Source: Piromyces finnis finn (lineage: Eukaryota > Fungi > Neocallimastigomycota). From it: a DNA stretch of 64,000 nt. Positions 10,372-23,900 of this stretch are shown here, piece after piece (the stretch's first letter is position 1; each line of letters opens with the position of its first letter). The translations under genes and the position numbers were made by a program. The stretch lies in the NCBI GenBank assembly GCA_002104945.1, contig MCFH01000001.1, positions 620,001 to 684,000 on the forward strand, read 5' to 3'. Below the pieces are notes generated by a model. It ran no database searches. It was not told the origin of the DNA and saw only the letters and a list, made by a program, of their open reading frames with translations.

Positions 10372-10494
10372 ATGTGTTATAAAAAATAAAAATAAAAATA
10401 AAAAAAATTAAAATAATAGGTTTAAATAAACATAAAAAAAATGAATAAAAATTGGGTATTCTAGTCATTTTAATTAAAGTAAGAGAGTCACTAT
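10372..10494 (-). mobile_element. Older, diverged 3'-end remnant of the same or a related LINE (the insertion target); it continues on the other side of the new copy at 4724-4767
   Basis: Colinear matches to the young element's 3' UTR: GTTTAAATAAACA (4912 vs 10420), ATGAATAAAAATTGGGTA (4928 vs 10441) and TATTCTAGT-ATTTTAATTAAAGTAAGA-AG-CACTAT (4951-4988 vs 10457-10494). Bases 4724-4767 supply its T13 tail and CATCAAATATTTT terminus. Confidence 0.75.
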
Positions 10495-11043
10495 TATTTA
10501 TTAACAGAATCAGTGGATAGGATCTCTGACATTAATATTCTATGATTTAATACTCGAATTTAAAATATAAATAAATAACACTTTCTATTATTTAATCCCC
10601 ATTATCATAATAGAAATTTACTTTTTTAAACAATCTTACTTATACACACGCCCACACCTTTAACACACATTCTTTAAAAAAAAAAAAAATTTTTTTTTTA
10701 ATTTTTTATTTTTTTTTTTAATTTTTTATTTTAAAGGCTTTTTTAATTTAAATTCTTTTTACACAAACATTGATTTTTCGTTTTTTTACTTTTTTTCTTC
10801 TATAAATTATCCATCTCATTTGATTAGATAATATTTTTTAAATACAATTAAATTATTTTAATTTATATTCTTCTTCAATTGAAAATAAAAAATTAAATTT
10901 CAAAATTTAATTTTGAATTAAAAAATATCAAAATAGTTCTATTTCAATATTCCTTATTATTTCTTCTTTTTGGTTAATTTTGTTATTTTTCATTAAAAAA
11001 AATGTTTTGCTTCGATATATATTATTTTTTTCGTTTAAGGAAT

Positions 11044-12922
11044 TTACCACTTTTCTTCAACCATGAAGATACCTTCATCAGCAAGAGTCTTTCTAATTGG
11101 TTCGTAGACATCCTTTTCCATTGGAGCAATAACACCACGACGAGTGATAACACCATCTAAAATTAATTGGACAGCAATACCACATGGAAGACCGACAGTA
11201 GTGGCCATAGCACTGTCACCACCAACAACACCAGTCCAGAAACCAGTGGAGCTAACATTGTTGCGGGAACCATCAGCTTCTTCAACTTCGAACTTGTGTT
11301 GAAGGACACATAAATCACGTTCGTTTGGACCGTATTGTAACTTTTGTTCTAAGGTAGCACATAAACAGTCAAGAGCGTTACCGTTTTGGACAACTGGGTT
11401 TTCAGAGAAGAGACCGAGCCAGTTGAAACCGTAGAGGATAGCGTCCTTGTTTTCACCAGATAAGTTGCACTTTTGAGTAACAGCTTGCTTTAAGGAAGCA
11501 GCATCAGTAGCTTCAATACCTAAGATCTTAGCAAGAGCAACGTTCCAGGTAATTGGAGCAGCATCCTTAGCAAGGTAGTCCTTTGGAGTGTCATCTAAGA
11601 AACCAACTTCAGCAAGAGCTTGAGCGAATTCTGGGAAACCTTGGTAACGAAGAGTACCTCTCATACAGTTCTTGGCTTCTGGGATGTGGTATCTTTCAAG
11701 GTAAGAAAGAGAATCACGGTTTGGATAACCGACGAAAGCGTAACCTGGGTAAATGATAACTGGCTTAGCGCTCTTCATTAAAGCACCGTTAACATTTTCG
11801 ATTTCAACAATCTTACCGTCCTTTAAGTATCTAGCGTTGTTTCTAAGAGCTAAAAGGACACCTCTGGCGGACCAGGAGAACTTGTAACCTAATGGGTTGT
11901 TAGAATCTTCTGGAACTGGGAGACCACCACACCATGAAGTGAAAGAGATAATCTTACCCTTTCTTTCGTGAACTTCGTTAATAACCTTAAGAGCGTAAAG
12001 GTGATCAACTCCTGGGTCAATACCGATTTCATTCATACAAGTAACACCAGCTTCCTTAGCACTATTATATAAATTAAATAAAAATTAATTAGCAATTTTC
12101 TTATTATTACTACATTTACTTTTTTTAATATTCTTTACTATTTAATTACTATTTATTGACTTACGCTTCATCCATTTCAGCCATAACTGGGGAGACGTAA
12201 CTGGTAGTACAGCAGTGCTTCTTGTTCTTGATACAGGACTTAATAACAATTGGGTGGTAAATGTATGGAATTAAGTTAATAACAATATCGTGCTTAGCAA
12301 CTTCAGCATCTAATTGAGCTTCGTTGGAAACATCAAGAGTGATTGGGGTAGCGTTTGGGTGACCATTGCAGAGAGCTTGAGACTTGGAGATGGTTCTGCA
12401 AGCTATTTATTTATATAAATTAAATTTTAAAAATTAAAATACATTTTCTCTTATAATTCTTTAAACTTTTTTTTCTTTTTACTTTTTTTAATACTTACCA
12501 ACAGTGATCTTGTTTTCTGGTCTTCTTAAAAGGTAGTTAAGACATGGACCAGCAACGAAACCGGAACCAATAAGAAGAATTTTCCTTTTTATTTTTATAA
12601 TTTATACACATTAAACATTTTTATATAAAATTAATACTCTTATAATAAATCTAAAATTTTACATTCAAAATTAAATTCCATAAAACATTGTTTAATCTTT
12701 TTTTTTTTTTCCTTTAAATCTCAACCTATTTAAATGCAATCAACCAAATTAATCTAAAAATCTTCCTTTTAATATTTTTTATACTCTCAACGCATGCATT
12801 TAAATACAATCAATTAAATTTATTTTCTTTAATATTATTTTTGGAAATAAAAACCCATCATTAAAAAAACTTTCTTTATTTTATGCTATTTTATTTTTGT
12901 ATATTTACTTTTCAGCAGCCAT
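11044..12922 (-). CDS. LYS9: Saccharopine dehydrogenase (NADP+, L-glutamate-forming), 4 exons
   Basis: The spliced N-terminus reads MAAEKKILLIGSGFVAGPC (Rossmann motif), then VACRT and TTSYVSP. The last exon has MNEIGIDPGVDHL, SWCGGLP, PLGYKFSWS, RGTLRYQGF and SAMATTVG. Introns are GT-AG; ATG is at 12922. Confidence 0.95.
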
Positions 12923-14175
12923 TTTTTTTATGAATTGGTTAACAAATTTATTAAATTATAATTTGCTAATTGTGTAAAGAAAAAAAAAAAATTTTTTTGG
13001 GTGAAACAATCTTCTTTATATAGAATTTTTAACTATTACAAAAAATGATATAATAAAATATGCTATTGAAATTTATTATAAATTTATTATAAATTTATTA
13101 TAAATTATTATAAATTATTATTCCTTTTCATATTATTATTTTTTTTTAAAAAAACTAAAATCATTATCCTTTTTAATAAATGATTCATTCATTTTTTAAT
13201 TATTAATTTATTTTCAATTGAAATATGTAATTATTATATGTATTTACAATATATTAATAATACATTTAACCAAAATATTTATTATCCATATATATTAATC
13301 ATATTCATATTTATATTATACAATACAATATTATATCAATGATAATTTAATAAAATATGTAAAATGATTGGTTATAACATATTTATATTAGATCTTGATA
13401 TTTAACAAAAAAAAAAAGGTTAAATAATGAAAAATTATGTTAATATATTATTGAATATACTTTAATATATGTCTGTTTTTTTTTGCTATTAAAAAAGAAG
13501 TAGCAGTTAAAAAATCATCAAATAAAAAAAAAGGAATAATAAGAAAAAGAAGGAAGCAAGCATATATCCGTAATAAATATAATTAATAATATTAATATAT
13601 ATTAGATATAAATATGAAATAAGAATAATTTTCATATGGAACAAAATGGTTTATCTTTATAAAAATAGATACCGAAATTCTTTACCTTGAAATTAAACTA
13701 AATAATATTTAACAATAATAATAATAAAAATATAATAGCATGGAAGGAAGGAAGGATGGTATATCTAGAATTATAATTTATGGTGGTGACATTGAGTGTG
13801 TTTTTTTTTTTAATTCAAATGATATTAATAATTAAGATATAGAAATTAAATATTAATATATGCTGGGATTAGGTTATTATTGGTGTTGTGTAATGGGTAT
13901 AGATGTTTGAGTGTGTGTAGGTGGTATACTATAAAAGTGAATGATGTAATAACAGAAATAAAAGTATTACTAAAGATCATTTTATAATAATTATTTAAAA
14001 TATCACATACTATTATCAATATCATAGAATCTTATTAATAATTATTTAATACTTTTTCATATTAACTAACAGTGAATTAAAAAAAAAAAAAAATTTTGAA
14101 GAAATGGTAGTTGTTTTTGCTCTAATAATTAGGGAATTCCAATTAATTCCTATTTAACTATTAATCCTTATTATA

Positions 14176-14225
14176 ATGAATGAATAGATGAATAGATGAA
14201 TGAATGAATGAATGAATGAATGAAT
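14176..14225. repeat. (GAAT)n/(GAATAGAT) microsatellite in the LYS9-CFAP54 divergent intergenic region
   Basis: Direct reading of the sequence. Confidence 0.85.
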
Positions 14226-14664
14226 AAGGAATAAGGAAGAATGACCATACAATTATAATTATGAAAAATAAAAAAAAAAAAACGTTTTTTTATCCTCTTT
14301 TTCAACTCAAATTTAATCTTAAATTAAAAATTGTAATTTTTAATTAAAAAATAAAAAACAAAAACAAAATTAAAATTTAAAATTTAAATAGAATTAATTA
14401 AAATTGTTACAGTTAAATTTTATACTTTTTTAATTTACAAAAATAAAAAACATTTCATTGTAATACTACCAGAATAATTGTCTTTTTTTTTTGTGAACTT
14501 TAATAAAACGCTTGCAACTATTTAATATTCCACGAAAAGAAGAAAAGAAATTATAATTATAAAATAATTAAAAAAAATTTAAAGATGTTTATCTTTAGAA
14601 ATATATAATATATTATAAAATTGACAACATAGTAGCTATTTTTAATAAAAGAAAAACTTAAAAA

Positions 14665-14893
14665 ATGTTGAAGAATAAAGAAATATTAAGCGATGATAAG
14701 CTATTCGATATAAAGAAGCTGGATCAATTGGACCCAGAGTAATAAAAGAATATTTATATTTATACATTATTATATTTTCTTTTAATACTTTTGATTTTAA
14801 CTAACTTTAACTTATTTTTTGTATGCAATACTATTGATATTAATTATATATTTTTTTTTTATATATTTAAATATATTAATGGAATGATAATAT

Positions 14894-14926
<33 letters not shown>

Positions 14927-17900
14927 TAATATTATAATAATGTTGATTCTCACCGTCTTTTTTAATAATATAAGAAAATTAAAAGCATGGTACAAGAGTT
15001 ACTTAACTTATGTAATAAATCAATATTTTGCTTATAAATCATCAAGTCCAGCGAAAAAAACAAATTCTAGGAAAAAATTAGTACTATCTAATTTTGAGAA
15101 TTTATTAAAAAATTTCATATTTAGACTAGAAAAGAAGTTTGCAATTGATCAATTAATATATTTAATAGAATTATTTATTAAAGATATAGAATTTATTAAT
15201 TATTCAAGAAGCATGCTATTTAGTCCGTTAGATCAAATATATGAAAGTATAGATGAAAAAACAGAAGAGTTGAAATTACTCTATGAACGTGTAAAAATGT
15301 CTGAAATATATATAAAATATTATAATATATTTAAAAATAATTCTCTTCAAGTAGAAACCTTTTATAATATTGTTGAAAGGGGTAACACAATGAATAATTT
15401 ATTAGATGAATTAACATCAAAAGTCAAAACTTATATTGATAATAAGGAATCGAAAGAAAAAATTTTTTTATCTGTGTTGAGAATTAAGCAAATCAATGAT
15501 AGTTTAAGAAATTCTTTCAATGACAAAGTAATTACCAATAAGAAAAAATAGTTTATTATATTCTATTTTATTTATAGAGTTTTACTTTTTATACCATTTT
15601 TATTAATAATAATTATAACGATTTTTTATAAAATTACTAATATATAATTCCTATGTATATATTCATATTATTTAAAATACTATATTATTGACAATTATAA
15701 AACTTTTATATAATCCTCACAATTTAATCAAAAAAATTATATAAATATAAAATAATTATAAATCCTAAATCATTAATAATATTATTTGCAATACATTGAT
15801 ATATATAAATGAAATAAAATAATATATTCATGTAAATATAGATTATAACAAATTCAAAGTGGATTTTAAAAGTTTTAGTTAAATATTTATATTCTGACTC
15901 TCTTTGGTTTCAGAAATTTTTATTTGAATGTATGTACAGCACTTATAAATTATATTGCGAAAAATATAACAATATTATCTTAATGGATACCTTAAACAAA
16001 GAAAATTTCAATGATAGCGTTCATTTAAAAAGTGTGGATGAAAAGGATCAAGATGTAATAATCAATAAAAGAAATATTTTAAAAGAATTAGGAGATCATA
16101 TAATATCGGTTTTAAAATATTATAAAAAACAATATAGCGAAACATTAAATCAAGATTTAAAGATTTTATATTCAAAATACATTAGCTGGTATAAAATATT
16201 TTTATTTGTTCAACAAATGAAACTTGTTTATAATGGTTTGCCTTTTTCATATGAAAATAATGAATTCGGTAATGATCTTCCAGGAGAATTTAAATTAGTT
16301 TATGAAGATGTAGTAATTAATAAACATGAAAATTTAGATAGAAATATAATACAAATAAATAGTAATAAAAAATCTGAAAATGATGATTTTATTATGTTAT
16401 GGAGTAAAAGTTTTGAAATTGAAAATAGAGAGTTAATCGAAAAAAGAAAAGATCCTAATAATTTTTTCTATAATGATGATTGTTCTGTATTCTTAATGAA
16501 AACTATGGAAGTTGAGTTTAAGGAAGATGATTTAGAAAACGTAGAAGAAATAATTGATTATGATGATGATGATAAAGAAGAAGAAAGAGGTAGAAGTAAG
16601 AATAAAAAATCGAAAAGTCACAAAAAAAGCAGTAAAAGTAAAAGCAGAAGTAGGAGTAAGAGTAAAAGCCATAATGGAAGTAAGAGTCGAAGTAGAAGCG
16701 CTAGTCGTAATAAAAATGAAAAAAGAAAATCAAAGAATGAGAGTAAAAATAAAAATAAAAGATTATCAAAAAGATTTGAATATATAAGAAATAGGGAACC
16801 TTTACCATCCGAAAAGAAATTAAATGAAATTGCATACTCAGTATTAAAAGTATTAAAGTTTTGGACATCTGATAAAAACAGATTATTTGTACTTTTAAAA
16901 TCTTTACCAAATCTTGCTGATGTAAATTTAAATTATAGAATGGATTATAAGAATCATGAAACAATGACATCCTATGGTTATAGTATTCTTGCTGTAATTT
17001 ATATAGCATTAGATTTGATTACATTACAAGAAGGATGCACGGTGACAAATGAAAGAATAGATACATTGAGAGAAAGCTCCCGTGTTATTCTATGTCCTTG
17101 TTTTGAATTTTTAGATGACTTAACTATTGTTCAAAACATTATTAATAAAGGAATTCCCATTAAATACATTATTATTTTATGGCAAATTCTTTTCCAATTA
17201 ATGGAATGGAATTTATTTTTAAAAATTTCTCAAGTTTTGCAAAAATATTATGAAAATAACGATGATGAATTTAAGAATTTCTTTTATTGCGAATGGAGCA
17301 TTTACGTTAATATTTGCCTATTCTTCTCTGATATAAATAAAAAAGATGATTCGGCTAAAGTTGATGAAGGTATTAATGATTCATTTAGGAAAAAAATTAA
17401 TGAATTCCGTAAAAATAATAATGACGATCTTAGTAATAAACAAGTATATGGAAAAACAATTATTGAAAATACCTATAGTATTGATTTATATGAAAAATTA
17501 AGTGAAACTAATACAGAAGAAATTGAAAAAATTAAAACCAACTTAAAATTCGGAGTATATTCCTTGTATAAATACTTAATATTTTCAATAGAAAATAAAA
17601 TGGGATGCATTTCAAATATTAATTACTTTTTTAGAATAATTTGGAGGTATTGCCTGAGATTGTATCCAGAAAAAAAGGATTATAATTGCATTACGACCAA
17701 AAATTCAATTGTTATTGTCAAAACAATAATTATATGCCTTTCCTTATATAATAATTTTTTTACAAATTATGTTAACCCAATTTTGTATAGTAGTATTATT
17801 CAACAATATATTCTAATTTTATTAAATAATAACTATGATTACGATTGTTCAAAATTTATTGATATTATTAATAATGTTATTGAGCGTGTGAATACTAGTT

Positions 17901-20900
17901 TGTATAGTGCTAGAGGAACATCCCATAAATACTATTCCTTATCTTATAATCCATCTATATTTGGTAAACAATTTGAATATATGATTTCTGATACTCCTAA
18001 ATCTTCAAAGAAAAAAGAAATTATTCACTCTTTAATTCATAAAAAATATGTTCTTTATGGGTTAATATTTCGTATCATCATCATTCAAAAGTTTAAAGAA
18101 TATATTAAGGAGAAAGAAAGAAAGGAAAAAGAATATTTATCATTATATAAGAAAAAATTAACTTCCTATCCGGAATTTATGACCAAACCCACTAATGAGA
18201 TATTAGAAACATATTGTGGAAAAAATAATTATTTAAAAAGTTTATTTAATTTACAATTTGCTATCGTTATGAAGGATCTTCCTAAAAATACAAAAAATGA
18301 AATTATTCAAGATGCTTTTAATTACATTAAATTAACGTTTAAAGAAGAAAGTATGCTAGTTCATCATTTATACTTAGAAAATGTAAACAATAATAGTAAT
18401 AATATTGTTAATGAAAATATATGTCCTCCACCCATTTGTATCAAAAGGAGTAATGCTTCTTTAGTATTTAGACCTCTTCCACCAAAAAATACAAAACCAT
18501 ACTACTATAAAATATTTTGTAAGGAAAATAATATTGGTATTGTAACTATGAGTGATTCCATTTATCAAGGAACAGATGAATTCGTAATCAATAGAGGTGA
18601 TGAAACAGAAATTATTATTAGTGGATTAAAAGAAAATTCAAAATATATTGTTGCTGTTGCAGCCTATGATAAAAATAAAAATTTATTGTGTGGAAGAATT
18701 GGTGCTCAAAGCATGCCTCTATTAGTAGCATTACCATTACCAATTTTGATTCATGTAAGTTATTTAGGACAATTTGCATGCATTGAAGAAATATCCGAAT
18801 TTATTAAACCTATTAAAGATATACTCTTTAATTATTTCATTGAAAGTGTATGTGATGAATATGAATTAACACATACATTTGTAAAAGAGCCCTATTGGAT
18901 AAAAAAGGTAATATATTAATAGTTATTTTTGATGATTATTTAAATAGTTATCTATAATTGATTACTCCTATAAATAACTTTATCCTATTTACAATAACTT
19001 GAAATTGATTATACATTTAAATAACCTTTTTATTTATTTATTTATCCTACCTGTTTTCTTAAGAATTCTTCCTATGTTATAAATAATAATCATATAGCCT
19101 ATTCGACCGAATCTTTAATTAAAAATTTTATTTCAATATTGATGTTTTCAACTTTAAAATTAAGTGAAAAACTAGATAAGGAAGAGGATCATAATAGTGT
19201 CAATGAAGTTAATGCAAGTAAATGGTGGATAAGCAAAAAGTTAAAATTATGTCAAAAGTTTTTAATTTGCATGAATTTAGCTGATTATATTAATAATGAT
19301 TATTACTTGATTACATCAATGATTTATTGTTATCATACTGTAGTACCCTTTTTATCTTTTGATAACCCACCAGAATTTGTTATTCATATTTTAATGAAAT
19401 GTCATGCTGTATTTATGAAACGTGATTCTTTTGAAAAAAGCACCATTCAAAATATTTATGAACATTATTTTACCTCTTTAACTCATATATTAGCATCCTT
19501 TTTAAATCGCTGGGGTGTAAAAGATGAATTGAATATAATTTGTAAAAATACTTTACAATTAATTCATTCCTTTTCTCCTAGAAGTGACCGATTGGTTCTT
19601 TCTAATACACTTATTGATCACTTTTGGGGTTCAACCCTGGATAAGTTTAAAAAGACTCGTCTTCAAAATAAGAAATGCTCAGGCCAAGCGGACTTTTTAT
19701 ATTTTTCAGCAAGTTCTATCTATTCAAATAATAAATTAATAGAAAAGACCAATGCTATAATATATTTAGCTGACTATATTGATTATCTACTACAAATTAA
19801 TGATCTTGGTATAGCAAATGAAAAAAAACAAGAGAATTATTCTACAATGGCTGATATCGAATACGGTATTCATACCTACTCTCTTGAAACTATGTATAAT
19901 GAAATTAATAAATATAGAAAATCAAAAAGGTATATGGAAATGGCTTACAAGTTATTATCAGTGGCATTTAATAGGAAAGAGTATGAATTTATTTATAGAG
20001 TATATTACGAAATTTTAGAATGGATCAACAAAAGAAATTATTTCATTTTGAATACCGATAATATGAATAGCGAAGAAATCAAAAAAAATCTTAAAAAAAA
20101 TAAATTTAGTCCGCATTCCATTTTTAAGCCAAAATTAGATGAAAAAACAAAAAAGAAGAGAAAAAAGTATAAAAGATCAAAGTCAGGAGACTCTAGAAGT
20201 TCATCTACCGATAGAAGATCCGTAGTATCGGAAGGTAAAAATGATAATGAAAATACTAATGTACAGAAGAAAAAGAGTAGCAGTACCAAAAACAAAGGAA
20301 AAACTACAAAGAAAACCAAATCAAAAAATTATACACATCAAAGAAGTTTATCCTTTGATGACAAATGGAACAAGTATGTCAGTGAACAAAGATCTCAATC
20401 TTTCCATAAGAAAGAAATAAATAGAATGCGCTCTCATAGTCAAGAAATTCGATACAGTGGTGGTCGGAATAGTGAAGAAAAAACAAATAATGAAGATAGA
20501 AGTGAATTTGAAAAACTATTAGCTGAAAAGGAAAAACAAAATAAAGCATTAAATATAATAGCAAATAAGGTTGGATTTTTCTGGAGAAGAAGAAGATATA
20601 AAAATAAGCTCTATGAAATTGTTAATAATGAAAATTTTTATTTATGTATGATACATTATATTAATTCTATGACTATTTCAAAAATAATAGAAAAAGATAT
20701 TATTAGTAATGAAATAAAAGCACCTACACTTGGTGTAGATGAATTTTATATTGATGTCAATTATTATTTCAATGTAGAACAAAATAATAACAATGGTGAT
20801 CAAGAAGATGCAGATACAGATGCAAAAGATAGCACAAATAAATATAATATTGATGTTGAAAAATATATTACTGAACAATTAGAAAGTTATATAAGAAGTA

Positions 20901-23900
20901 TGGTTGATGCTTCTCGTTCTCATAACTGGAATTTATTATTAAGTTGTTTCCATCAACTTTGGAATTTCGTTGGTGATATGAGGAAATTAGAACTTATCAA
21001 CAAGAAATATTGGAAATCCGAAATTTGGAAACCATTTTATATTGTGTCTATGGAACTACTCGACTTTTTAATAACTCACTGTAGTAATGATGAACGGTTT
21101 AACAGATCCATTGATATCCTTGATTTAATTAAATGCGACAAAAAAAGAATATATTATTATTATTATGTCAATCGTTGGGGATATAAATCGGATATAGCTA
21201 TTAATGTTAAATTAATTATTAAATTCTTCGTAGATACAATGAAATATCTTTTTTATAGTGAAAAGTATTCAAAGGTTATATCCTTCGGTATTCTAGTTAA
21301 TAATTATTTTAATAATACTCTCACAGAAATTTTTTCAACGGTCATGATTGAAGCAAAAATGCAATTTAATTTAAAACATTCTAATTCCCCAATTACCCTA
21401 CCAGACATTTATGAAAATACCCAAATTCCAAATGATTTAAAATCACTTGGATATCTTGTCATTAGTTATAAGGCTGATTTTATTAATTATATTGTTGCAA
21501 AATACACAATAAATAATCCAAATTCCGGTAATTTAGCATCCCTTTTACGAAAAGCAATATTAAATTATGAGGAATTGATAAAGATATCAAAAGAAAAGGA
21601 TGATTTATTTGTCACTGCCATTGCCTATTCAGAACTAGGTGATCTTTTATACGAAAGTGGGGATGTTGAATCTGCTGGTCTTTTCTGGTCTAAATCAATT
21701 GATACTATTTTTAAAAAAAGAATGGTTATTGCTTCTATTATTGAACTTTATAATGAAATAAAAGATTTCAATACAACTACGGTTATTAAAATGTTTAATA
21801 ATTCTGTTTATACAGTTATTTTAATCGGACTTCAATTAGCTAAATTAGCCGCGTATTGCTTTTCATCAAATTTAAATACTAAACTTAATCTATCATTGTG
21901 TGCTTCCTTTTTCCTTTCGAAAGCCATGTATTCCTATATTAATGAACCACATACGCCTAATCAATTTATTTATGTTTCCTCAAAAGCTGTCGTTATTATA
22001 AATATTATATCTGAATTTTTTAAAGATCAGAGTGCTGTTATTTTGAAAATTTTAGAATTCCTTATTATAGAATTGGTCAATAATGATTATTTAGGTTTGG
22101 CCTTACCACTATTAGCCATGCAATTAATTATCATAGTAAATAATAATAAAAGTATAAGAGAAGTGATTTTTGCCAAGTTAAAATATGCAAAAATTTTAAT
22201 AAAATGTGGTTTTATATCGGAAGGTCTTAACTATCTAAATAACGTCTATTCTGGAAAAGGTATCTTTGATGTTAATCCTTTAACAAGTTTTACCACCACC
22301 ACTGCTACCAGTCTTAATGGTAATAACAATATTGGTGCTTGTAATACCTCAACCTATAACAACAATAATAACAACAGCAGCAATATTATTAATGTCAGTT
22401 ATAATAATATGGAAGAATTATATGAAACAAATAATTTAAATTGCATTAAACAATTATTATATACTAAATACTATGACCGATTAGTTGCTCAATATGGAAG
22501 AATGATGACTAAGGTTATTGATTTTGAAAGAATTTCTTTGGTTATTGAAATATTTTCTCTCTACCATGGTAATTTTGTTTATTATGATCCAATAAAAGGA
22601 ATGAATGATAATACTATTAATGAAAGCAATAACAAATCATTTGATATTAAAGTTATGAAACAGCATATTTATGAAGATATTTTGGGTGTTAATATTAAAG
22701 GAGAAAAGAATAATAAAAACATTACCCAAAAATTAAAGAGAGATCAATATTCATTAGAGGTTTCTAAAAAAAGTAGAAGTAAAAGTATGTCTTATAATAC
22801 TTCCATTAAAAAACAAGAAGAGGCAAGCAATAGTAATGAAAATGAAAATGGATCTAATATTATTGATTTAGAAAAGAATAAAAGTAATGGCCAATCTATT
22901 TTAACAGAAGAAGAAATAGATAGCTTAAATAATAATAATAATAATAGTCAATCTAGATTTAATAGTTCCTTAACAATTAACACAACGGACTATTGCATTA
23001 ATTCTGAAGGTGATAGTGATCACATGAATAAGTATTATTGTGAGAAAATGGAACGTATTAATCTTTTGAAAAATGTTGAAGAAACGATTTATCGGTATAT
23101 TACAGAAGTATACAATGAAACAAAAATGGATGATAAGCCATATCGTCCATTCCAAATTAATTTCTTCTGCTTATGTATCCTTAAATTGGTTAAAATTTAT
23201 GAATTACTGGATAAAAATAAGAGAGCGGTGTCCCTTTTATTATCTCTAAATAGTTTTATTAACAAAAAAGTAAATGATATTTCAGAATATTTAGATTCCA
23301 TTGTTATCGATGCTAATGCTACCACTAAAGAAACAATTGATAATCTTATCGATAAAAAAGTTTATGAAGAAAAACTTGTCACAGAATTTCTTTCTGAATC
23401 TGAACTATGGCTAGAAGTAAAGAAAAGGACAGCATTAAATGCCTTAGCTATATGCGATTATAATTACGCTATACTAACTTCAAAAAGTGGATTGAAAGAT
23501 GCAGCTGCATGTAAATCATCTAATTTCAAAATAGAATTTTTAAAGATTATTATTTGCTCCAAAATTCGTTTACATAGTAATGGTGTAAAAAAGTATGTTG
23601 GAAAATTTGAAGAAATCCTTCGATCTCCAAATCTGACCTTAAAATCAAAGTTCTTAGGAAATATCTTTTTCTTTGATATTACTTCTGTTCTAAATATTTC
23701 TACCTACGATGAAATGTTAAGTCAACGTGAAATGTGTGAAAATTACTTTTATGATTTAATAATTCCCCAAGCATTAACATTAGATAATGTTAATAAATTA
23801 ACTAAATATAGTCCTTTTTACACTGATTACGTGATTTACCTTTATCAACAAGCAACACTTTACAAGTCAATTCATAAATACGATTTAAGTTTGAAATGTA

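Noticed and set aside
4832-10494. The ~150-bp direct repeats flanking the retroelement read as LTRs
   Set aside because: The copies are diverged with indels and lack TG...CA ends. The ORF has APE and no integrase or protease, and the TSD plus poly(A) place the right-hand copy outside the element.
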